The notes under the pieces were generated by a model that searched no databases, had not been told where the DNA came from, and was given only the letters and a program-made list of their open reading frames with translations. DNA of 64,000 bases from Polaromonas sp. 39-63-25 (GTDB lineage Bacteria > Pseudomonadota > Gammaproteobacteria > Burkholderiales > Burkholderiaceae_C), in the NCBI RefSeq assembly GCF_002278925.1, contig NZ_NCJH01000003.1, positions 96,042 through 160,041 on the forward strand. The letters run 5' to 3'. Position 1 is the stretch's first letter. Each line of letters opens with the position of its first letter. The position numbers were made by a program, and so were the translations under genes. Shown here one piece after another: positions 9,034 to 17,700 of the stretch.

Positions 9034-11117
9034 GCGAGCCCAGCGAACCCAGCGAAGCGGCCAGCCGCGCCGAACCGTTTTCGGACCGGCGGCGCTGGAG
9101 CCGGCGCTGGGGCTTGTGGGCCCTGCTGGTGGCGCTCCTGCTCGGCTTGTTGTCCACGCTGGTCTGGCTCGCCGGGCGCTACGAGTCCAGCCAGGTGCAA
9201 AGCCGGCTGGAGCAGGACGCGGTGCAGACAACCACCGACATTCGCGCTGCACTGGCGCGTAACGTCCAGGGCATTCAGGCCTTGCAGGCCAGCAGCCCGG
9301 ATCCGGCCGCCTGGCGTGTGCCCGCGTCCGCGCTGCTGCACGAGCACCGGGAAATGTTGCGGCTGGAGTGGCGTGATGTGGCGCTGGCGCCGGTCTCTTA
9401 TGCGGAAACGCCTTACCGGCCCCCGGTGTTTGAGCGGCTTGGGCGCGCCAGCGCGCAGACCGATGTCAGTTTTGCCTGCGCGGCGGCGCGCCGTTTCAGC
9501 GGCCCGGCCTATTCGAGCAGCTACTTCCTGCCGCAGGCCGACGGGCTGGGGCTGGAGGTGCTGGACATGTGCCTGCCGGTGCTGGCGGGCGGGCAACTGG
9601 CGGGCTACCTGCTGGCGACCTATTCGCTGCAGGAGATCCTGTCCGAGCTGGTGGGCCGGCAACTGGCGCGTGGTCACGGCCTGGCGTTCACCGAGGCCGA
9701 CGGCACGCGCCTTGCCATGTACGGCAACCCGGCCCGCGGCAATCGCGTCTATGTCGCGCAGCAGCTGCTCGATCTGCCGGGCAACACCATGGTTCTCCGG
9801 CTGGAGCGCCAGCTCGGAACCCCGGCCCTGTTTCCCAACCTGCTGACCGCGTTGGTGGCAGCCATGTCGCTGGCGCTGCTCGCCGTGCTGGCGCTGCTCG
9901 GGCGCGACATGCGCCGGCGCCTGAAGGTCGAGCATGACCTGGCCGACGCGCTGGCCTTTCGCAAGGCCATGGAGGATTCGCTGGTCACCGGCATGCGGGC
10001 CAGGGACCTGCAGGGTCGCGTGACCTACGTGAACCCGGCCTTTTGCCAGATGGTGGGGCTGGAGGCCGGCGAGCTGCTCAAGCACGGCACGCCGCCGCCT
10101 TACTGGCCGCCCGAGCAGGTCGAGGAGTACGAGCAGCGGCAGGCGCGGCGACTGGCCGTCGGCGCGACCCTGCCGCGGGAAGGCTTCGAGTCCGTCTTCA
10201 TGCGCCGGGATGGCTCGCGTTTTCCGGTGCTGATCATCGAGGCGCCACTGATCAACGCCGTGGGCAAGCAGACCGGCTGGATGAGCGCCATTCTCGATGT
10301 CAGCGAACAGCGGCGCGTCGAGGAGTTGTCGCGCGCCAGCCAGGACCGGCTGCAGGCGACGGCCAGGCTGGCCACGGTCGGCGAGATGGCTTCGCTGCTG
10401 AGCCACGAACTGAACCAGCCGCTGGCCGCCATTTCCAGCTACGCGACCGGCTCGCTGAATCTGCTGCAAAGCGCGGTGGCCGGCGAAGCGCAGCCGCCCG
10501 ACCACCAGGACCTTCAGCTGGCGATGCGCCGCATTGCCGAGCAGGCCGAACGCGCCGGCAAGGTCATCAAGAGCGTGCACGACTTTGTGCGCAGGCGCGA
10601 CCAGGTGCGCGAGCCGGTCGCGCCGCGCGCCCTGCTGGACGCGGTGATACCGCTGATCAGCCTGCAGGCCCGCAAGCTGGGGGTCCGGGTGCTGATCCAG
10701 GTGGACGAAAGCTGCGAGCCGGTGCTGTGCGACCGGACCATGGTCGAGCAAGTGCTGCTCAACCTGGCGCGCAACGGCATGCAGGCCATGCAGTCGACGG
10801 ACAAAAGCCGGCGCGCCGACAAGCTGCTGATCCTGCGTGTGCGGCCGGCGGCCTCCAACGCACACAGCCGATGGGTGGAGTTTGCCGTGATCGACCACGG
10901 GGAAGGCATTTCGGAGGACGTGGCGCGCCAGCTGTTCACGCCCTTCTTCACGACCAAGGCCGAAGGCATGGGCCTGGGTCTGAGCCTGTGCCGCACGGTG
11001 ATCGAGCAGCACGGCGGGTTTCTTGGTTTTGCGGCGGGCCAGCCACAGGGTACGATTTTCACCTTTACATTGCCGGCCGCGGTCACCGCCGTCGCGGTCA
11101 CCGACGTGTCCACCTGA
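9030..11117 (+). CDS. Membrane-bound PAS sensor histidine kinase (FixL/DctS-like)
   Basis: Two TM segments around a periplasmic domain, PAS (VNPAFCQMVG), H-box 'LSHELNQPL', N/D/F/G boxes (LLNLARNG, DHGEGI, FTPFFTTK, GMGLGLS). Confidence 0.92.
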   Translation: MSEPSEPSEAASRAEPFSDRRRWSRRWGLWALLVALLLGLLSTLVWLAGRYESSQVQSRLEQDAVQTTTDIRAALARNVQGIQALQASSPDPAAWRVPASALLHEHREMLRLEWRDVALAPVSYAETPYRPPVFERLGRASAQTDVSFACAAARRFSGPAYSSSYFLPQADGLGLEVLDMCLPVLAGGQLAGYLLATYSLQEILSELVGRQLARGHGLAFTEADGTRLAMYGNPARGNRVYVAQQLLDLPGNTMVLRLERQLGTPALFPNLLTALVAAMSLALLAVLALLGRDMRRRLKVEHDLADALAFRKAMEDSLVTGMRARDLQGRVTYVNPAFCQMVGLEAGELLKHGTPPPYWPPEQVEEYEQRQARRLAVGATLPREGFESVFMRRDGSRFPVLIIEAPLINAVGKQTGWMSAILDVSEQRRVEELSRASQDRLQATARLATVGEMASLLSHELNQPLAAISSYATGSLNLLQSAVAGEAQPPDHQDLQLAMRRIAEQAERAGKVIKSVHDFVRRRDQVREPVAPRALLDAVIPLISLQARKLGVRVLIQVDESCEPVLCDRTMVEQVLLNLARNGMQAMQSTDKSRRADKLLILRVRPAASNAHSRWVEFAVIDHGEGISEDVARQLFTPFFTTKAEGMGLGLSLCRTVIEQHGGFLGFAAGQPQGTIFTFTLPAAVTAVAVTDVST

Positions 11118-11143
11118 ACACCCGCTTGCGGGAAGGAATTGCC

Positions 11144-11770
11144 ATGGAACCCATCCAGAATGCCACGGTCTACATCGTCGATGACGATGCCAGCGTGCGC
11201 GAGGCGCTGGCCTGGTTGCTGCGTTCGCGGCGCCTGACCAGCGAGACGTTTGCCAGCGCCGAGGCGTTCGACGAACGGATCTCGGGGGCGTCCGCCATTT
11301 CCTCGCCCTCGTGTGCCCTGCTCGATGTGCGCATGGGCGGCATGAGCGGGCTGGCCATGTTCGAAAAGCTGATTGGGTATGGCCTGCTGCCCACCCTGCC
11401 GGTGATTTTCCTGACCGGTCACGCCGACGTGCCGACCGCGGTCGATGCCGTCAAGCGCGGCGCTTTCGATTTTTGCGAGAAGCCCTTTTCCGACAATGTG
11501 CTGGTGGACCGCATCGAGCAGGCGTTGATGCAGTCGGCAGCGGCGCTGGCCGATCGCAGCAAGCACACCAGCCTGCATGTGCGCCTGGAAGGCCTGACGG
11601 AGCGTGAGCGTGACGTCATGAAGCTGGTGGTGGAGGGCCTGCCGAACAAGCTGGTGGCCGACCAGCTCGACATCAGCGTGCGCACGGTGGAAGTGCACCG
11701 GGCCCGGGTTTTTGACAAAATGCAGGTAAAGTCGGCGGTGGAGCTGGCGAATCTGCTCCGTAATTTATAG
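11144..11770 (+). CDS. FixJ/LuxR-family response regulator
   Basis: Receiver domain (VDDD, LLDVRM, LTGH, CEKP) plus LuxR HTH 'LPNKLVADQLDISVRTVEVHRARVFDKM'; start ATG 11144 after GGAAGGA. Confidence 0.93.
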   Translation: MEPIQNATVYIVDDDASVREALAWLLRSRRLTSETFASAEAFDERISGASAISSPSCALLDVRMGGMSGLAMFEKLIGYGLLPTLPVIFLTGHADVPTAVDAVKRGAFDFCEKPFSDNVLVDRIEQALMQSAAALADRSKHTSLHVRLEGLTERERDVMKLVVEGLPNKLVADQLDISVRTVEVHRARVFDKMQVKSAVELANLLRNL

Positions 11771-11772
11771 CG

Positions 11773-11928
11773 CTAAAGCGGATCGCCGGGCTTTTCCGGT
11801 GGTGCATCGCGCTGGGCATCGGCATCGCTTTTGAGTTCGCCTTTGTTGCGGCCGGAGAACATCGTCCACCAGACAATGAAAACCAGAATGAGCAGGGCCC
11901 CCAGGGCTTCGAGTAAAAGTAAGGCCAT
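11773..11928 (-). CDS. Small single-pass membrane protein (51 aa)
   Basis: MALLLLEALGALLILVFIVWWTMFSGRNKGELK...: hydrophobic helix followed by a charged tail; fills the gap between the regulator and mltA. Confidence 0.6.
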   Translation of the reverse strand: MALLLLEALGALLILVFIVWWTMFSGRNKGELKSDADAQRDAPPEKPGDPL

Positions 11929-13081
11929 GACTGTTTTTTCCCGGATAACACCGACGCTTGTCATTATCGCTGCCGTGCTGGGCCTGGTGTCCTGCGCGAC
12001 GGCGCCCGTGCCTGCTTCCCGGCCTTCGGCGCCCGCCGCTGCCAGCGTGCCTGCGCGTCCCGGGTCAGGCGCAGAGGCTGGCACCATGGTGCGCGGCAAG
12101 AGCCGCTGGGTGCCGGTGGCCTGGAGCGACCTGCCGGGGTTTGAAAATGACGCGCTGTTCGAAGCCTGGAACGCCTGGCTCAAAAGCTGTGAGCGGCCCG
12201 GGCCGGTGTTTGCACCGCTGTGTGGCGAGGTAAGGCGCCTGAGCATTGCGACAGGGGAGGAGCAGCGCGCCTGGATGGTGGGCCGGCTGCAGCCTTACCG
12301 CGTCGAAACCCTGCAAGGCACGGCCGAGGGACTGCTCACCAGCTATTACGAACCCGTGCTCAGGGCCAGCCGGCAGCCCGGCGCCGCTTACCCGGTGCCG
12401 CTGTACCAGCCTCCGGCCGGCCTGGGCAGCCGCAAGCCCTGGTACACCCGGCAGGAAATCGAGACGCTGCCCGAGGCGCAGGCCGCACTGCGCGGGCGGG
12501 AAATCGCCTGGCTGGCCGATCCGATTGATGCGATGTCGCTGCATATCCAGGGCTCGGGCCGGCTGGCCATCACCGATGCCGGGGGTGCGCAGCGTACCGT
12601 GCGGGTGGCGTTTGCCGGTTCCAACGACCAGCCTTTTCGCAGCATCACCCAGTGGCTGATGGAGCAGGGCCAGGGCCGGATGAACGCGCCCTGGACCGAA
12701 TCCACCAAGGCCTGGGCGGCGCAGAATCCGCAGCGCGTGTCGCAACTGCTGTGGAGCAACCCGCGTTATATCTTTTTCCGCGAAGAAACCCTGAGCGAGA
12801 TGGACGCGGCCTTCGGCCCGCGCGGCGCCCAGGGCGTGCCCCTGACGCCCGGCCGTTCGATCGCCGTGGATCGGGAAAGCATTCCTTACGGCACCCCGGT
12901 CTGGCTCGCCTCGCGCGGCGCGGCGGCGGACCTGCAAAAACTCGTGATCGCGCAGGACACGGGCAGCGCCATCGTCGGTGCCGTGCGGGCCGACTATTTT
13001 GCCGGGACGGGGCCGCAAGCGGGCGAGCTGGCCAGCCGCGTGAACCAGCCCCTGCGCTTGTGGGTGTTGTGGCCCAAATGA
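11927..13081 (+). CDS. mltA: Membrane-bound lytic murein transglycosylase A
   Basis: Lipoprotein signal (…VLGLVSC), 'LTSYYEP', 'IQGSG', 'NPRYIFF', 'RSIAVD', 3D domain 'AQDTGSAI..AVRADYF'. Confidence 0.92.
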   Translation: MTVFSRITPTLVIIAAVLGLVSCATAPVPASRPSAPAAASVPARPGSGAEAGTMVRGKSRWVPVAWSDLPGFENDALFEAWNAWLKSCERPGPVFAPLCGEVRRLSIATGEEQRAWMVGRLQPYRVETLQGTAEGLLTSYYEPVLRASRQPGAAYPVPLYQPPAGLGSRKPWYTRQEIETLPEAQAALRGREIAWLADPIDAMSLHIQGSGRLAITDAGGAQRTVRVAFAGSNDQPFRSITQWLMEQGQGRMNAPWTESTKAWAAQNPQRVSQLLWSNPRYIFFREETLSEMDAAFGPRGAQGVPLTPGRSIAVDRESIPYGTPVWLASRGAAADLQKLVIAQDTGSAIVGAVRADYFAGTGPQAGELASRVNQPLRLWVLWPK

Positions 13082-13431
13082 GCCTGCCGCCCACCTTTCT
13101 CCCCCGCTGCGGCCTGCTGCTTGCTGCGGCTGCCCTGCTCTCTGCTTGCGCCGCCCCCGGCACCGGATCAGTGGCAACGCGTTACCGCTGTGAACATGGC
13201 ATTGATTTCAGCGTGAGGTTCGTGGATGACAGTGCGCTGATCGAGAGTTCGCGCGCCTCCGACGTGCTTTTTCGTGACGCAGGCGGGCAAGGCGCCTCGC
13301 AGACCGTGTACAGCAACACGCGTATGCGCGCCGAGTTTGGCCTGGGTTCGGGCGAGCGTGAGGCGGTGCTGCGTTACCCGCTGCTGCCGCTGGTGGCGCG
13401 CTGCGTGCGGGACGGAAAAGAAGTCCCTTAA
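13078..13431 (+). CDS. Small lipoprotein, MliC/PliC-like (divergent)
   Basis: Lipobox LLSAC, 'YRC..GIDFSVRF' start and terminal Cys pair as in lysozyme-inhibitor folds; ATGA-coupled to mltA. Confidence 0.65.
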   Translation: MSLPPTFLPRCGLLLAAAALLSACAAPGTGSVATRYRCEHGIDFSVRFVDDSALIESSRASDVLFRDAGGQGASQTVYSNTRMRAEFGLGSGEREAVLRYPLLPLVARCVRDGKEVP

Positions 13432-14120
13432 CGTACCGAAATCCGCAGCTGCACCGTCAGCGTCGAGCGGGTTGTCGACTGCGCGTTGTTGAACAAGCCG
13501 GCACTGCTGTCGTTGCTGTCCTCCTCCGACTGGGCCACGGTCACCCACTCGTTGAGCGGCGCAACCAGCGTTGTCACCACGCGGGAATCGGTGGGTGGCG
13601 AAGTCGCGCTGCGTGGGCTTGACACGGCGGCCAGTTCCAGCTCGGCGCTGTCGCCGCCGCGCCAGAACGGCCTGGCCGCAAAACCGCTGCCGGCGTTCAT
13701 CAGCACCGTGGCGCTGCCGTAACGCACGATTCCGTTTTGCACAAAGCTGTGCAGCAGTCGCACAGGGACGCTGTTGCCCAGCAGGATGTTGGCGCTGCGG
13801 CCGTTCAATACCAGCAAGCGCTGGGTCACGTCGCCCGACCCGGTTCGCTGGCCGCTTTGCGCGTCGATGTGGACATCGCCTCCAGAATGGCCGGGCTGCA
13901 TGCGCACCGTGCCGCCGGCGCCCAAGGTGTTCCGGGACGCGCTGCTGTCCCGCAGCTGGCGTACCTCAATTTGCAGATTGCGCGTCGGCAAGGGCGCCTG
14001 GTTTACTATCAAATCAGGAGCTGATTGCGCCCGTGCAACAAGGGCTGGAGCCATAAAAAGCACCGCAAACAGGGCCGAAACGGCGTGTGAGCGGCAAACA
14101 GGCATGGCGCGGGCTGTCAT
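13428..14120 (-). CDS. Secreted protein resembling a minimal secretin/NolW-type core
   Basis: Signal peptide, then 'NLQIEVRQ', 'QRLLVLNGRSANILLGNSVP', 'GSGFAARP', 'VTTLVAPLNEWVTV', which echo secretin C-domain strands; no N-domains. Confidence 0.6.
   Translation of the reverse strand: MTARAMPVCRSHAVSALFAVLFMAPALVARAQSAPDLIVNQAPLPTRNLQIEVRQLRDSSASRNTLGAGGTVRMQPGHSGGDVHIDAQSGQRTGSGDVTQRLLVLNGRSANILLGNSVPVRLLHSFVQNGIVRYGSATVLMNAGSGFAARPFWRGGDSAELELAAVSSPRSATSPPTDSRVVTTLVAPLNEWVTVAQSEEDSNDSSAGLFNNAQSTTRSTLTVQLRISVR
14005..14060 (+). repeat. Family B repeat, antisense and in frame inside the secretin-like gene
   Basis: ACTATCAAATCAGGAGC-tgatt-GCGC-N11-GGGCTGGAGCC; the reverse strand encodes FMAPALVARAQSAPDLIV. 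Confidence 0.85.
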
Positions 14121-14602
14121 GGTGTCTTGTCTGACAAGTGGCCCAGCGGCAGCACGCTGCTGGACTTGATCTCGCCCAGGGAAAAGCTGGTGTGCATGTC
14201 CTTCACATTGGGCAGGTTCAGCAGGCTTTTCAGGGCGAAGCGCGAGAAGCTGTCGAGGTCGCGGGCCACCACCTGCAACTCGAAAGTTCCGGTGCCGCTG
14301 ATGTAGTGACAGGCGATGATCTCAGGCAATTTGCGGATCGCCTCTTCCATCGCGCTGGTCGCATCGCCGGTGTTGCGGTCGGCGTCCAGGCGCACAAAAG
14401 CCAGCACACCCAGGCCGATCTTGTGGCGGTCGATCTCCGCGCGGTAACCCTTGATGAAGCCACCTTCCTCCAGGGCCCTGACGCGTCGCCAGCAGGGGGC
14501 GGCGCTCAGGCCGACGCGGGTGCTGAGTTCGGCGTTACTCAAGCGCCCGTCGGTCTGCAATTCATTCAGGATCGCGAGGTCAAACTTGTCGAGTGTTTCC
14601 AT
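14117..14602 (-). CDS. Lrp/AsnC-family transcriptional regulator
   Basis: 'LDKFDLAILNELQTDGRLSNAELSTRVGLSAAPCWRRVRALEE'; start ATG 14602; divergent from IOR. Confidence 0.95.
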   Translation of the reverse strand: METLDKFDLAILNELQTDGRLSNAELSTRVGLSAAPCWRRVRALEEGGFIKGYRAEIDRHKIGLGVLAFVRLDADRNTGDATSAMEEAIRKLPEIIACHYISGTGTFELQVVARDLDSFSRFALKSLLNLPNVKDMHTSFSLGEIKSSSVLPLGHLSDKTP

Positions 14603-14613
14603 AATTGGCAATT

Positions 14614-14634
14614 TTAAGCAAGAATCTTGCTTAA
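14614..14634. promoter_or_regulatory. Perfect 10-1-10 palindrome TTAAGCAAGA-A-TCTTGCTTAA, candidate Lrp-type operator
   Basis: Read directly from the sequence; lies 12 bp upstream of the Lrp start in the Lrp/IOR divergent region. Confidence 0.6.
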
Positions 14635-14779
14635 GGCGAGTTAAACAAGGCATAAAAAGCAAAGACTTATCTGGCCATCGCGCCTACACTTTGCTCCTAT
14701 ATAGAGGCATCACCCTATCCGGGTGTGAGCCTCTTCGCGCTGCCCAAAAGGCGGTGTCAGCCCCACGACTGGAGACAAG

Positions 14780-17700
14780 ATGAACGCACCCCTGCCCGAA
14801 CACATCCGCAAGGCCCTGGAAACGGTGACCTTGGACGACAAATACTCGCTCGATTACGGTCAGGCCTTCATGAGCGGCGTGCAGGCCCTCGTCAAGCTGC
14901 CCATGCTGCAGCGCCAGCGCGACGCCCTGCAAGGCAAAAACACCGCCGGCTTCATCAGCGGGTATCGCGGTTCCCCGCTCGGTGGTTACGACCAGGCGCT
15001 GTGGAAAGCGTCCAGCTACCTGAAAGCGCAGAACATCGTGTTCCAGCCGGGCGTCAATGAAGAGCTCGCCGCCACCGCGCTGTGGGGCACGCAGCAGCTG
15101 GGCTTTTCGCCACCGGGCACCAACAAGTACGACGGCGTGTTCGGCATCTGGTACGGCAAGGGGCCGGGCGTGGATCGCTGCTCGGACGTGTTCAAACACG
15201 CCAACATGGCGGGCACCACCCCTTGGGGCGGCGTGATTGCGGTGGCCGGCGACGACCATGTGGCCAAGAGCTCCACCGCCGCGCACCAGAGCGACCATAT
15301 TTTCAAGGCCTGCGGCTTGCCGGTGTTTTTCCCGACCAATGTGCAGGAAATTCTGGACCTGGGCGTGCACGCGTTTGCCATGAGCCGCTTCTCGGGCGTC
15401 TGGGCCGGCATGAAGACCATCCAGGAAATTGTCGAGTCCAGTGCCACGGCGATGATCGACCCTGAACGCGTGCAGATCAAGATCCCGCTTGATTTCCAGA
15501 TGCCGCCGGGCGGTGTCCACATCCGCTGGCCGGATGCGGCGCTCGACCAGGAAGCGCGCCTGTTCGACTACAAGTGGTATGCCGCGCTGGCCTACATCCG
15601 CGCCAACCGGCTTAATTACAACGTCATCGAAGGCCCGAACGACCGCTTTGGCATCATCGCCAGCGGCAAGGCCTACAACGACACGCGCCAGGCCCTGATC
15701 GACCTCGGGCTGGACGATGCCACCTGCCGCCAGCTTGGCATCCGCCTGCACAAGGTGGGTGTGGTCTGGCCGCTGGAAGCGCAGGGCACGCGCGAATTTG
15801 CCACCGGCCTGCAGGAAATCCTGGTGGTCGAGGAAAAACGCCAGGTCATCGAGTACCAGCTCAAGGAAGAGCTCTACAACTGGCGCGCCGACGTGCGGCC
15901 CAACATCTACGGCAAGTTCAACGAGGTCGAGGGTGACTTCAGCGGCGGCGAATGGTCCATGCCGAACCCGACGGCCAACACCCTGTTGCGCGCCAACGCT
16001 GACCTGTCACCTTCGCTGATCGCCCGCGCGATTGCCCAGCGCGTGCGCAAGCTGGGCCTGGACAGCGACATGACGGCGCGCATCGACGCGCAGCTGGCCA
16101 TCCTCGAAGCCAAGGAACGCTCGCTGCAGGTGCTGGAAGTCAAGGCCGACCGCCAGCCCTGGTTTTGCTCCGGCTGTCCGCACAACACCAGCACCAAGGT
16201 GCCCGAAGGCTCGCGCGCCATGGCCGGCATCGGTTGCCATTTCATGGCATTGTGGATGGACCGCAGCACGTCCGGTTTCACCCAGATGGGCGGCGAGGGC
16301 GTGCCCTGGGTCGGCCAGCAGCCGTTCACGACCGACCAGCATATCTTTGCCAACCTCGGTGACGGCACCTACTTCCACAGTGGCTCGCTGGCGGTGCGCC
16401 AGTCGATTGCCTCGGGCGTGAACATCACCTACAAGATTCTCTACAACGACGCGGTGGCCATGACCGGCGGCCAGCAGATCGGCGAGCGGCCGGAAGGCCT
16501 GTCGGTGGTGCAGATTGCCCAGTCCATGCGGGCCGAAGGGGCGGCCAAAATTGTGGTGGTCACCGACGAGCCGGAAAAATACGACGGTGTGGCACTGGCC
16601 GAAGGCGTGACGGTGCATCACCGCGACGAGCTCGACACCATCCAGCGGCAGTTCCGCGAGATCAAGGGCACGACGGTCATCATTTACGACCAGACCTGTG
16701 CCACCGAAAAGCGCCGGCGCCGCAAGCGCGGCACCATGGTCGACCCGGCGGTGCGCGTGGTCATCAACGAGCTGGTCTGTGAAGGCTGCGGTGACTGCAG
16801 CGTGCAGTCCAACTGCCTGAGCGTCGAACCGCTGGAGACCGAGTTCGGCCGCAAGCGCCAGATCAACCAGTCCACCTGCAACAAGGACATGTCCTGCCTG
16901 AAGGGCTTTTGCCCGAGTTTCGTGACCGTCGAGGGCGGACAACTCAAGAAGAAGGCCAAGGGCAAGGCGGCTTCACCGTTTGAGATGGACGCCCTGCCGC
17001 AGCCGCAGATCCCCGCGACACAAGGTGTCAACGGCGCTGTCTGGGGCATCGTGGTGGCCGGCGTCGGCGGCACCGGCGTCATCACCATCGGGCAGTTGCT
17101 GGGCATGGCCGGGCACATCGAAGGCAAGGGCATCGTCACGCAGGACGCCGGTGGCCTGGCACAGAAAGGCGGCGCCACCTGGAGCCATGTGCTGATAGGC
17201 GCGAGCCAGGACGATATCCGCACCACGCGTGTCGGCATGGCCGGCGCCGACCTGATCATCGGCTGCGACCCGATTGTGACGGCCGGCAAGGAAACGGTGC
17301 TGCGCATGCGCGAGGGCCGCACCCACGTGGCGCTCAATTCCCACAGCACGCCGACGGCGGCGTTTGTGCACAACGCGAACTGGCAGAACCCGGCCGAGGC
17401 CTGCGCCGCGGAGATCGCCAAAGCCGTGGGGCTGGCCGGTGTCGGTGCCTTCAATGCCGACGCAGCGTCCATCAAGCTGATGGGTGACAGCATTTACACC
17501 AACCCGATGATGCTGGGCTACGCCTGGCAAAAGGGGTGGATCCCGCTGGAATACGCGTCGCTGATGCGTGCCATCGAGCTCAATGCGGTCGCGGTGGACA
17601 ACAACAAGACGGCTTTCGAATGGGGCCGCCGCGCGGCCCACGACCTGCCCTCGGTGGAAAAGCTGTTTGCCTCCGCGCAGGTCATCAGCATGCCGGCGCC

